This document shows, piece after piece, positions 1 to 17,919 of a stretch of DNA of 64,000 nt. The position numbers were made by a program, and so were the translations under genes. The notes under the pieces are model-generated. The model worked only from the letters and a program-made list of their open reading frames with translations, did not search any database and was not told the DNA's origin. Position 1 is the stretch's first letter. Every line of letters begins with the position of its first letter. Origin of the DNA: the human T2T-CHM13v2.0 reference genome, Homo sapiens; assembly GCF_009914755.1 (NCBI RefSeq), contig NC_060931.1; one strand, given 5' to 3'.

Positions 1-1067
1 CATCTTGGCCTCCCAAAGTGCTGGTATTACAGGCATGAGCCACCATGCCTAGCCAACAGTGTTTTTTTTAAAAAAAAACCTTTTGTCTACAACCCTAAAT
101 AAGAATTACATTTTATGTTGTGAACCAACACTTATGCAAACACACACCCACTCACATGCAAGCATGAACTAAGATGAATGAAATGATACTTTCATACCAT
201 GCACATTGCATCCTGATATTTTGTTCTGTTCTGTTTTCTTTTTAAATATTGTTGGTTGCAATTCACCAAACTGATCGATTTTATGACAAGTTCCAAACAA
301 GTTCTAAAGCAAAGTTTAAAAAACACTGTATGAGGAGCCTGTGTTGGCCAAGGAGCTGTTTTTTGTTTTTTTTTAATTGGCTATGAAATTCTCCCCAGTC
401 ATGAAAGGAGGACATAGTTAATAAGGCCCCTCTCCCAGCATCCACCCAGTCCCACGTCACCCAGGCAATTAAGTTGTTAAGGGAGCTGCTGAGTGGGGAG
501 TGTCTGTGCCTTATGGGAGGCAAGAAAGAAGTGGCATGGCGCTCAATGTCACAGTAAAGCAAACTTTTTTTCTTCTATTAGCATAAGGAAGTTCTCAAAG
601 CAGAAAAAAGAAGTAGACAAAGAGCACAGGTCAGTTCAAGTCAGCCTGGAAATGTCTTACGGAACCCAGAAAAGGGGAAGAATGAGCTCCAAACTCCTGG
701 CCAACACAGTCATCTCTCAATTGCTGAGTCCCAGGGGGATTTACTTCCACTAGGAAATCATTTCACTGGCCACTTCCCCCATCCCACCCAATGAAGGTAG
801 ATGAGGGCGGGGGCCCAGGGCAGGAGAGCACAGAATATGGAATCAGGCATTCTGGGCTGAATTCTAGCTTCTCTCGTAGTGACCTTGGGCAACCTTATTT
901 CACTGGTCTGGGCCTCTGTCTACCTCTGTAAAACAGAGGTAATACCATTACTGTGCAGGGTTGCTGGAGGAATAAACAGAAACCACCCTGCGTTGTGCCT
1001 TGCACAGTCAGTGGTGGTGAGTAAACAGTCACTGGTGTTATTACTGTGACAAACGCTGGGATCTTAC

Positions 1068-1151
1068 CAAATCTCTGTTATGCCAGTGTTGCTCTGTAAC
1101 GCATCTGCCAGCTGGGCAGTCCCCTTAGCTGTGATCTGATTCTGGATAAGC
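1068..1151 (-). CDS. NOD1: NOD1 exon 13 (LRR, 84 nt)
   Basis: Encodes ...LIQNQITAKGTAQLADALQSNTGITEI...; acceptor AG at 1152-1153, donor GTAAGA; 84 nt, phase 2/2. The final exon is outside the window. Confidence 0.95.
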
Positions 1152-1443
1152 CTGAAAGAAGAACATAACTTGTATAAAATCCATAATACTGGATCAAATT
1201 TGACCCCTTCGTAAGGGAGTTGCAAGGGTGTTTTGGGATAAGAGACAAGTTGGTCAGGGGAAGAACTGAGTCCATGTGACTTTGTATCTGGCTAAAAGTG
1301 TCCAGGTAAGATCCACTAGAGTAAAGGATAGCTTGATATTTTTTAAATTTTCTGTTTGTTTTTATAGTGAACATAATGTAATACATGAACTGATGTGTGT
1401 GTTTGCATTTTTCACTGCAGAGGTGCATAATCAAAATATTTGG

Positions 1444-1710
1444 GGCCGGGTGCAGTGGCTCACACCTGTAATCCCAGCACTTTGGGAGGCCGAGGTGGGT
1501 GGATCACGAGCTCAGGAGATCGATACCATCCTGGCCAACCTGTCTCTATTAAAAATACAAAAAAATTAGCTGGGCATGGTGGTGTGCACCTGTACTCCCA
1601 GCTACTCGGGAGACTGAGGTAGGAGAATTGCTTGAACTGGGAGGTGGAGGTTGCAGTGAGCCAAGATCGTGCCACTGCACTCCAGCCTGGGTGACAGAGT
1701 GAGACTCCAT
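1444..1710 (+). mobile_element. Alu with small internal deletion and no poly(A) tail
   Basis: GGCCGGGTGCAGTGGCTCAC...GAGACTCCA followed by a T/A-rich tract. Confidence 0.9.
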
Positions 1711-2984
1711 TTATATTTTTATATATATTTGGGAGACCACCAATCTGAACAACAAATTGTAAGAAACACACCATGGGACAGGAAGTCTGACGTCTCCTTC
1801 CAGGTAGCTAGGGAAAGGCAAGGCAGGTTTTAAAGTTAAGAGGCTACCAACATGCAAGAGGGAGGGAGGAGAAACAGTTATGCTGCCATGAAATAGTTCT
1901 CATGAATAGTTCTCATGGGGCTCAGTGGAAAAGCTTTAATAATGGGGACTCTGAGAATGCACCCCATTGTTCTGGGTAGCAGTGATTCAAATGAAACAAA
2001 GTTTTCAGCTATCGCTAGGAAGCCAGGCCTCTCCTGAAATGCTCCCTTGGGCAGCTACGCTTCTAACCCAACCAGGAAATAAATGCATCAAGAGGCTGTA
2101 GTGTCTCCGCTTCATCACAGAGTCATTCCCTGCTCCTGGCTGTTTGTAGAATAGGCTCCTGCTAAACATGACCCTTAGAAATCCTGGCACTGACCCAAGA
2201 AGGAAGCCCTTACCAGGAAGACGAGGGCCCTATGCTGTCATGAATGAAGAGGACTCCCTCGTGAGAGGCAGTATTGCAGAGCGGGTGCAGCTCCTCTTAA
2301 ACCCTCCCTCCCCACTGTTCAGCTACAGAACCTTGAAGAAATAAACGCATCTGTCTGTGCCTCAGTTGTGTCATCTGTAAACTGAGAATAACTATAAGAG
2401 TGCCCCCCATCCACTGGGTGTGTGAGATTTCAAGAGGAGGGTATTAGGCACAGTGTCCAGGGGGAAGGGAGCTCTTGTCACTGTTACTGCCCAAGCACAC
2501 AGGACCACTGGTGGCTGGGCTGCAGCCAGGATCTGGTGCTCCCAGCCATACCCCACAAGGGCTAGGGCCCCTGGGTTCAATGGCAGAGGTAATGACCTTC
2601 CCTTTCAAAAGGGACAAAAATAGAACCAGGAAGTGGGCACCAAGTTCTGTATTCAGTTACACTCTGCTGTTTTCTAGTCACCACTTAGGCTTTTTTGAAG
2701 GCAGGGAAGGCAGCCTCCAACCAAGATGTGGCAGGAGGCCAGGAAGGAGAGCACCTAATGCCCCTAAAAAGCCTGCAGTGTCCAGGCACATCCACCCACT
2801 CGGGCTGCCTTCACTAGGGCCAGTGCAGGTTGGGAATGCACAAAGCAGCCAAGACTCTCTTTCTGACCCTGTCCTAGCTCTGCTCTCCCTGGAGAGGCTG
2901 GCCTGCACTTAGGGAATGGGATCAAATAAATAATTCTGCAGGCTAAAAAGCAAAGAAAAAACAATATGTAGCAGAGTCTAGTCT

Positions 2985-4745
<1,761 letters not shown>

Positions 4746-4793
4746 ACTTTTGAAAAGTAGCACAGTCTGAAATTGTAAGGCTCTCTGAGTTAC

Positions 4794-4877
4794 CATAAAT
4801 GCTTTAACGTCTGGTTGACTTTCAACATTTCTGCCAAACTCTCTGCCACTTCATCGTTGAGTTCATTTTGGGTCAGC
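4794..4877 (-). CDS. NOD1: NOD1 exon 12 (LRR, 84 nt)
   Basis: Encodes ...LTQNELNDEVAESLAEMLKVNQTLKHL...; polypyrimidine tract + AG, donor GTAACT. Confidence 0.95.
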
Positions 4878-6631
4878 CTAAGGAAAAAAAAGGAAGTATT
4901 TACTCAAGAGAGCCTACTTGGCAGACATTGTTTTAGAGTTCACAGGAGCGGGAGCTCAGCCCAAGGCTCTCCAGCTATGCAGATGATCACTTGCTGAGAA
5001 CCCAGAAAACAGCCAGGCTCCAAGCCCAGCCTGTCAGCCCCACAGAAGGTCAATGGGACTCATTTTTAATGCAAATCCTGTACCTGGGCTCCTATTTCTT
5101 AGCCTAGCTACCTGTAGAGGAGCCCACCCTCCCTCCCCACCTTTGCTGAGCCCTCAGATTTCATGGAAGATGGGGGCCCACGGAAAACAAAGGGCCAATG
5201 CCTGCTTCTCAGTTCTCCTCTAGTCCCAGGGTCCCTTGAACACCACTGACAGTGTGTTATCCAAGTTAGTTTGAAGACCTGAAACAGTCACTGACTGCAC
5301 ATTAAAATGTGTTCAGTACTTTGCTCTCAGTTAACTTGTGAGGGACCCAAGTTAAGTGACTGAAAGTTCAGGAAGTCTCTCAATGGTCCTTAGAACCAGA
5401 AGTGGTCTGGATAAAGCACCAAAGCTCCTTGGTGTAAACAGGGTAGGACCCACTTGTGCCAGTGGACGAAAGAATCATTAGGAAGAAGAATAGAACAGAA
5501 AGAACATTTAAAAAAAAAAATTCCTTGAAGGGCAGTTTGGATGTGCCTGCCCAAATTTTTAATGTGCTTCATTTTAAGACAATCAGACTTCTAGAAATTT
5601 ACCCTACAGTGTGCAAGGATATACACACAAAGCTTTATACATTGCAGCATGCATTGTGGTATTATCCTAATGTAAAATCTGAACAAATTTAGATCAGAAA
5701 CAACTGATGAAATATATTGTGATATCTATTCGAGATGTTGTGCAGCTTGTAGGGAGAATGAGGTAGAATGAGGAGGGAGAAGAACACAGCATTGACATCT
5801 ACTCCGGACTCAGCCTGGGCAGGTTTGTATCACCCACCAGCAGGGTGACCTCGGGCAACAGGCTTAAGTTCTTTGGGTCTGAGTTTTCTCACTGGTGAAC
5901 GTTAACAGTAGAGATCGTATAGAGTGGTTGTGAGGCTGAGTGAGTTAACACAGGGAAAAAGTGTAGAATAACACATGGCATGCAGTCAGCACTTGAGGGC
6001 TTCTAGGTGTTGACATTACTACTATCCATGTGATTTCACTCTCCATGGGGCACCTGGCCATGTCCGGAGGCATTTTTGATCCTCACCACTGGGAGGTACA
6101 GGGCAGAGATGCGGCTAAACCGTCTATGATGCACAGGACAGCCCTACCATAATAAAGAATCACTTGGACCAAAATGTCAACAGCATCAAGATGGAGAAAC
6201 CCTAAAGGAGACATGTAAAGTATGTGATTACAATATTTTTAGAGCCACTGCTTGAATGCTATTCTGTTTTGCATATCTTTGAACATACATAGAACAAAAG
6301 GCTAGAAAGGAAAGGTTATTTTGGAAAACACAAAGGGAGGTACTTTCACTTCCTCCTTTTAGCAGGAACTTTAGGAGGTACTTTCATGTCCTCCTTTAGT
6401 GTCTTACATTTTTTCCAAAAAACATAAACTACTTTTCAAAATGTTAAATGATTTGTTGAGGGGAAAGAATTTAAAATGCACTTACTGGACAGCAGGCCTA
6501 ATGTCAAAACTCTCTCATGAAGAGGATATTGTCATTATTCTCAGTAACTAATTTAGCAAGATCAAATGAGCACTGGGCTCTGAGTAGATGATAGGGAGGG
6601 TTGTAATACAACTCCCTCACTTAACCTGTAA

Positions 6632-6784
<153 letters not shown>

Positions 6785-7374
6785 TGATACAGAGATGTAA
6801 ATACAAATAAAGCAAAATAAAACATTAAGTGGCCATAAAAAAGGGAACACCAACAAAAAACACTCTCAGGAGGCCACATCCACTTAGTAAGTGCCCTAGA
6901 GTGCAGAGAGGGAGCGAGGACTGTGGGCTTCAGGTGACAAGTGACAGATGAGCTGGATGGAGCATAAAGGCCAAACCCTGATGTGAAGACCTGGGGAAGG
7001 AGGAGGCTGCCTGGGGGAAGGCAGATGAAGAGGAGGAAGGGAGAAAATTTTGAGCCAAGTGTGTGGAAGTTGGCCTCTGCTAAGCACATCTGAAGGTATC
7101 CAAGGATACCTGGATAGCTTGCATGGCCAGCGTTCTAGTTCTCCTGGGGCCTAGAAGGCCAAGGCCTCAGATCCAGGCTCCCGGAGCCCACTTCCTCCTC
7201 CTGTACCTGTTTATGCTTGTAGAAGTGGCTATTCTCTTCTCTAGGAGGAAATTATCAACTTAACTGAAAGGCCTAGAGCCTTTCCAATTGGGAGACACCT
7301 TTTCTGTTAAGATTCCAGGCCATGTGCAGCCCCTGGGATAATTCCTGGGACCTAAACCCTCCAAAATGACTCTG

Positions 7375-7675
<301 letters not shown>

Positions 7676-7695
7676 GAAATGACTCGAGCTATTAC

Positions 7696-7779
7696 CACAG
7701 TATTTCTAGAGACGTGTTCTGCTGCAGGGCCCTCGCAAGGCTCTTTCCTCCTTCTGTGGAGATGCCGTTGGACGCAAGA
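7696..7779 (-). CDS. NOD1: NOD1 exon 11 (LRR, 84 nt)
   Basis: Encodes ...LASNGISTEGGKSLARALQQNTSLEIL...; AG/GTAATA boundaries. Confidence 0.95.
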
Positions 7780-8514
7780 CTAGGAAGGAACACACTTGGG
7801 GTGAATTATTAAAGACACATCTACATTCAATCTTAGCTTCAACATCAGAACAGCTGGGAAGCCTCTGCCTGGCTGTGGCCCCAGCCCAGGCTCACTCGGG
7901 GCAGGATGCAGAAGTGTTCAGCTGCAGCAGTAGTGCCCAGGCGCTGCTGCCCCAGAGCCCACACACAGAGCACAAGGGCAGGCTGGACGGGAAATGGGTC
8001 ATCAGCACAGCCTGCTCACACAACAGTGGGCTGGGGTCGGCACCTCAGGTTTCTGCACATGGGCAGGAGGCTGGCGAGGCCTGGCAAGCTGTCCTTCTAA
8101 AGGCTGGCCCCATCAAGGTACCCCATCTGCAAGACCTGGCAAAGTCTCTTCTGCTACTGTCCCCACCTTCTTGGACTCTTTTTCAGTGGTAGGAAGAACA
8201 GCAGCAGAGCCGTGGACATACCAAGGTCCCAAGATTTGGCCAGCAGCCTAAGCGGGGGCTGGGTAGGTGCATCCCCATTTATAGAGAGGAAGAGTCCCTC
8301 TTTTCCAGCATCATCCTGAGGACAAGGAAGGGGCAGGAATCTGCTGGCCAGCATCTTATTAAGTTTCATCTGCACTTAGGAAACCCTCCCTCTACCAGCA
8401 AGGGACATGCAGGGATGGCTGAGGGGCTGGAAATGTCCTCTGTCTTGATGGGGGTGGTGGTTGGCTGGTGTGGGACACATGCAGAATTCACTGAGCTGAA
8501 TAAACACTTAAGGT

Positions 8515-9090
8515 GATTCCTCAGGGATCTAGAACCAGAAATACCATTTGACCCAGCAATCCCATTACTGGGTATTTACCCAAAGGATTATAAATCATTC
8601 TGCTATAAAGACACAAGCACATGTATGTTTATTGTAGCACTATTTACAATAGCAAAGACTTGGAACCAACCCAAATGCCCATCAGTGATAGACTGGATAA
8701 AGAAAATGTGGCACATACACACTATGGAATACTATGCAACCATAAAAAAAAATGAGATCATGTCCTTTGCTGGCACATGGATGAAGCTGGAAACCATCAT
8801 TCTCAGCAAACTAACACAGGAACAAAAAACCAAACACTGCATGTTCTCACTCGTAAGTGGGAGTTGAACAATGAGAACACATGGACACATGGAGGGGAAC
8901 AACACACACCAGGGCCTGTTGGGGGTGGGGGGCAAGGGGAGGGCAAGCATTAGGACAAATACCTAATGCATGCAGGGCTTAAAACCTAGATGACAGGTTG
9001 ATAGGTGCAGCAAATCACCATGGCATGCATTTGCCTATGTAACAAACCTGCACATCTTCTACATGTATCCCAGAACTTAAAGTTAAAAAA
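8515..9090 (+). mobile_element. 5'-truncated L1PA (older primate L1)
   Basis: ORF2 C-terminal remnant ([19 protein letters not shown]...) plus 3'UTR and A tail; lacks Ta diagnostics. Confidence 0.88.
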
Positions 9091-9270
9091 AGAGAAGAAT
9101 GTGCTTTACTAGATGGCCTCTTATGCATCAAAGAAAGGTTTGACAAGAGTAAGGAAAATCACACATGCAAATTCCTCTTCTATTAGGAGCACGAATCACC
9201 CTTCCCCAGCAAACCTAGAGCAGCTGGGAGGGACCAGGTTGGCCCCTGGAGACAGCAGGGCCACAGTTAC

Positions 9271-9354
9271 CTCAGGGTGGTCAAGCTGGGGTGGTTCCGC
9301 AGAGCCTCTGCGAAGGCTTTTGCTCCTTCATCCCCAACTTGATTGCCCCACATC
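9271..9354 (-). CDS. NOD1: NOD1 exon 10 (LRR, 84 nt)
   Basis: Encodes MWGNQVGDEGAKAFAEALRNHPSLTTL...; CAG acceptor, donor GTAACT. Confidence 0.95.
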
Positions 9355-10462
9355 CTGAGGGAGGAGACAAGATAGTGAATGTTAGCTCCCCAAGAAACAG
9401 CCATGCTCACCCCTCCTTTTTTGCCAATGGCCACAGCTCAGTTCCTACTCAACAGGCAGATGTTTGTGCCCAGTCCCTGGATCTGTGGCCTGGACACTAA
9501 TTCCTCACACTGGTCTCTGAGTGGGCTGCTCTGGATTTCAAATTCAAGGGGTGATGCAAGATCGAAGAGCAGGGGAAGCCTTGTGAACAGAGGCCATCGG
9601 CAAGTGGCACAGTTAGAGACCGAGCCTCACCACGAGCTTCGGAGAGCTGTCGGCCCAGGAGCCTGAGCTCATGAGAGAAAGCACCTGCATGTCTCCTGTG
9701 GAGCACAGAGGTGCGCAGAGTCCTGGAGGGAAGGCCGTGTGCAGGTGCTGGGTTCCCAGCATCCGTTCAACTCTGGGCAGGGTCAGAGACATTCCTGAAG
9801 ACACAGTCTTCCAGGAGACAAAGAGCAGGAAGTACCTTCAGAAACCCCATCAGCAACGTTCCTGTCACATAAAGAGGACGTTACCCAACCAAGCTCTGTG
9901 GCTACGGCCATCTTGGTGGACAGGTGCGGCGATAAAGCTGTATTCTGTCCCCTACAGCAGATCCGGAGAGTCTCTGGCTAAAACAGTCTGCGTGGTAAGA
10001 TGGTGGACTCCTGACCCGGCTCTGCCATCTGCTACCTGTGTGAACTTCGGGAAATTATGTAGTCTCTTGGACCTCAGTTGCCCCATCTATAAAATGGGGA
10101 TAATTAGAGCATTCCGTCATGGAGTTGTGAGGATTCATTGAGTTAACAGAAGCAAAGCACTTAGAACCGTGTGTGGCTCACACAAAGCGTTGGCTGTTCC
10201 TAATAGGATCAGCACACACTGTCTACACACAACAGAACAAGTTCGTGTGGCCCACTCACAACACAATGGCAGCTGCCTCAACAACACGTTCACACCAAGC
10301 AAACTACCTGCTTACACCATTCCAGGTATGGCTTGCTGGAACCCAGAATAAGAGTTTTCAGTGTTTTGCTTACATATATGTATTTACTATACAATTGAAT
10401 GGCATCACATTTTTAATAAAGTGGAAAGCTACTCAAGGCATGAGATTAAGTGAAAAAGGAAG

Positions 10463-10521
10463 GATACATATAGTCTCACCCCTACTATAGTATAGATACA
10501 TACAGTCTCACCCCTACTATA
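10463..10521 (+). repeat. Local 32-bp tandem duplication
   Basis: GATACATA(T/C)AGTCTCACCCCTACTATA occurs at 10463 and 10495. Confidence 0.85.
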
Positions 10522-11175
10522 TTTTTTAAAAGTTGTACAAAGAGAGAGAAGGGAGAGAAAGTGAGACAGCTTAACTGAGCTTAAATGTTAACAAGAATCA
10601 TTTTCTGAGAAGATAATTTTTATTATTTTTCATAGTTTCCAAATAAAATTACCTGTGTTCCTTTTGTAATCCAATAAAAATTATAATGAAACAAAAAGCT
10701 TTAAAAAGCCTCAAGAATCAAAACCACAATGAGACAGGACCTCACACTCATTAGGATGGGTACTGTCAAAAAGAGAAAATAGCAAGTGTTGGCAAGGATG
10801 TGGAGAAACTAGAATGAACTGTTGGTGGGAACATAAAATGGTGCTGCTGCCGTGGAAAACAGTATGATGATTCTTCAAAAAATTAAAAATTACCATGTGA
10901 TCCAGCAATCCCACTGCTGGATATATACCCAAAAGAATTGGAGGGAGGAGCCAAGATGGCCGAATAGGAACAGCTCCGGTCTACAGCTCCCAGCGTGAGC
11001 GACGCAGAAGACGGGTGATTTCTGCATTTCCATCTGAGGTACCGGGTTCATCTCACTAGGGAGTGCCAGACAGTGGGCGCAGGTCAGTGGGTGCGCGCAC
11101 CGTGCGCGAGCCGAAGCAGGGCGAGGCATTGCCTCACCTGGGAAGCGCAAGGGATCAGGGAGTTCCCTTTCCGAG

Positions 11176-11391
11176 TCAAAGAAAGGGGTGACGGACGCAC
11201 CTGGAAAATCGGGTCACTCCCACCCGAATATTGCGCTTTTCAGACCGGCTTAAGAAACGGCGCACCACGAGACTATATCCCACACCTGGCTCAGAGGGTC
11301 CTACGCCCACGGAATCTCGCTGATTGCTAGCACAGCAGTCTGAGATCAAACTGCAAGGCGGCAACGAGGCTGGGGGAGGGGCGCCCGCCAT
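11176..11391 (-). CDS. L1 ORF0 (71 aa, antisense in 5'UTR)
   Basis: MAGAPPPASLPPCSLISDCCASNQRDSVGVGPSEPGVGYSLVVRRFLSRSEKRNIRVGVTRFSRCVRHPFL; internal donors CAG|GTGTGG (after 11286) and CAG|GTGCGT (after 11201). Confidence 0.88.
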   Translation of the reverse strand: MAGAPPPASLPPCSLISDCCASNQRDSVGVGPSEPGVGYSLVVRRFLSRSEKRNIRVGVTRFSRCVRHPFL

Positions 11392-11550
11392 AGCCCAGGC
11401 TTGCTTAGGTAAACAAAGCAGCCGGGAAGCTCGAACTGGGTGGAGCCCACCACAGCTCAAGGAGGCCTGCCTGCCTCTGTAGGCTCCACCTCTGGGGGCA
11501 GGGCACAGACAAACAAAAAGACAGCGGTAACCTCTGCAGACTTAAGTGTC
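11340..11550 (-). promoter_or_regulatory. L1 antisense promoter region
   Basis: Corresponds to L1 nt ~400-600, the established location of the L1HS antisense promoter. Activity at this locus is not shown. Confidence 0.7.
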
Positions 11551-11846
11551 CCTGTCTGACAGCTTTGAAGAGAGCAGTGGTTCTCCCAGCACGCAGCTGG
11601 AGATCTGAGAACGGGCAGACTGCCTCCTCAAGTGGGTCCCTGACCCCTGACCCCTGAGCAGCCTAACTGGGAGGCACCCCCCAGCAGAGGCACACTGACA
11701 CCTCACACGGCAGGGTATTCCAACAGACCTGCAGCTGAGGGTCCTGTCTGTTAGAAGGAAAACTAACAACCAGAAAGGACATCTACACCGAAAACCCATC
11801 TGTACATCACCATCATCAAAGACCAAAAGTAGATAAAACCACAAAG

Positions 11847-12863
11847 ATGGGGAAAAAACAGAACAGAAAAACTGGAAACTCTAAAACGCAGAGCGCCTCT
11901 CCTCCTCCAAAGGAACGCAGTTCCTCACCAGCAACAGAACAAAGCTGGATGGAGAATGATTTTGACGAGCTGAGAGAAGAAGGCTTCAGACAATCAAATT
12001 ACTCTGAGCTACGGGAGGACATTCAAACCAAAGGCAAAGAAGTTGAAAACTTTGAAAAAAATTTAGAAGAATGTATAACTAGAATAACCAATACAGAGAA
12101 GTGCTTAAAGGAGCTGATGGAGCTGAAAACCAAGGCTCGAGAACTACGTGAAGAATGCAGAAGCCTCAGGAGCCGATGCGATCAACTGGAAGAAAGGGTA
12201 TCAGCAATGGAAGATGAAATGAATGAAATGAAGCGAGAAGGGAAGTTTAGAGAAAAAAGAATAAAAAGAAATGAGCAAAGCCTCCAAGAAATATGGGACT
12301 ATGTGAAAAGACCAAATCTACGTCTGATTGGTGTACCTGAAAGTGATGTGGAGAATGGAACCAAGTTGGAAAACACTCTGCAGGATATTATCCAGGAGAA
12401 CTTCCCCAATCTAGCAAGGCAGGCCAACGTTCAGATTCAGGAAATACAGAGAACGCCACAAAGATACTCCTCGAGAAGAGCAACTCCAAGACACATAATT
12501 GTCAGATTCACCAAAGTTGAAATGAAGGAAAAAATGTTAAGGGCAGCCAGAGAGAAAGTTCGGGTTACCCTCAAAGGAAAGCCCATCAGACTAACAGCGG
12601 ATCTCTCGGCAGAAACCCTACAAGCCAGAAGAGAGTGGGGGCCAATATTCAACATTCTTAAAGAAAAGAATTTTCAACCCAGAATTTCATATCCAGCCAA
12701 ACTAAGCTTCATAAGTGAAGGAGAAATAAAATACTTTATAGACAAGCAAATGCTGAGAGATTTTGTCACCACCAGGCCTGCCCTAAAAGAGCTCCTGAAG
12801 GAAGCGGTAAACATGGAAAGGAACAACCGGTACCAGCCGCTGCAAAATCATGCCAAAATGTAA
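11847..12863 (+). CDS. L1 ORF1p (338 aa RNA-binding/chaperone)
   Basis: Open 338-aa frame, near-identical to L1HS ORF1p (coiled coil, RRM, CTD; ARR and YPAKLS motifs intact). Confidence 0.97.
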   Translation: MGKKQNRKTGNSKTQSASPPPKERSSSPATEQSWMENDFDELREEGFRQSNYSELREDIQTKGKEVENFEKNLEECITRITNTEKCLKELMELKTKARELREECRSLRSRCDQLEERVSAMEDEMNEMKREGKFREKRIKRNEQSLQEIWDYVKRPNLRLIGVPESDVENGTKLENTLQDIIQENFPNLARQANVQIQEIQRTPQRYSSRRATPRHIIVRFTKVEMKEKMLRAAREKVRVTLKGKPIRLTADLSAETLQARREWGPIFNILKEKNFQPRISYPAKLSFISEGEIKYFIDKQMLRDFVTTRPALKELLKEAVNMERNNRYQPLQNHAKM

Positions 12864-12902
12864 AGACCATCGAGACTAGGAAGAAACTGCATCAACTAAT
12901 GA

Positions 12903-16754
<3,852 letters not shown>

Positions 16755-17053
16755 ACAATGAGATCACATGGACACAGGAAGGGGAATATCACACTCTGGG
16801 GACTGTGGTGGGGTCGGGGGAGGGGGGAGGGATAGCATTGGGAGATATACCTAATGCTAGATGACACATTAGTGGGTGCAGCGCACCAGCATGGCACATG
16901 TATACATATGTAACTAACCTGCACAATGTGCACATGTACCCTAAAACTTAGAGTATAATAAAAAAAAAAAGAATCTAAAAAAAAAAAAAAAAAAAAAGAA
17001 TTGAAGGCAGTCCTTGAAGAGACATTTGTATGCCCATGTGCACAGCAGCATTA

Positions 17054-17573
<520 letters not shown>

Positions 17574-17835
17574 TTACATGAGGTAGAGTAGTCAAAACCA
17601 TAGAGAGAGTAAGTAGCAGGGTGGCTGCAAGAGGCAGGGGGGAGGGGGACCGGGGAGTTATTGCTTAATGGGCACGGTTTCAGTTTCGCAGCATGGTGAA
17701 AGCTCTCCACTATCTCTCCCCGACAGCGAGCCCCAGTGGTCCTTCTGGTGTACTGATGTATGAAAAGAACAGCAAGGCCCGCCCCCCCCCACACACAGCA
17801 GGTTGTACCACATACATCCGTCCCCTTCTACTCAC

Positions 17836-17919
17836 CCAACCTCAGAGATTGATTTGCTGTTCTTCACAGCCAGGGCGAGATACTTCCCTCCTTCACTTGT
17901 TATTTTGTTTTTTCCCAGT
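17836..17919 (-). CDS. NOD1: NOD1 exon 9 (LRR, 84 nt)
   Basis: Encodes ...LGKNKITSEGGKYLALAVKNSKSISEV...; CAG acceptor, donor GTGAGT. Confidence 0.95.

Noticed and set aside
1276-1774. Numerous 60-150 aa ORFs overlapping Alus (here and throughout)
   Set aside because: Standard Alu-derived frames (e.g. ...[12 protein letters not shown]); no coding evidence.
1890-1917. Short direct repeats (AATAGTTCTCATG x2; also 10463-10521 and 57888-57917)
   Set aside because: Two-copy slippage duplications with no spacer-repeat array structure; not CRISPR-like.
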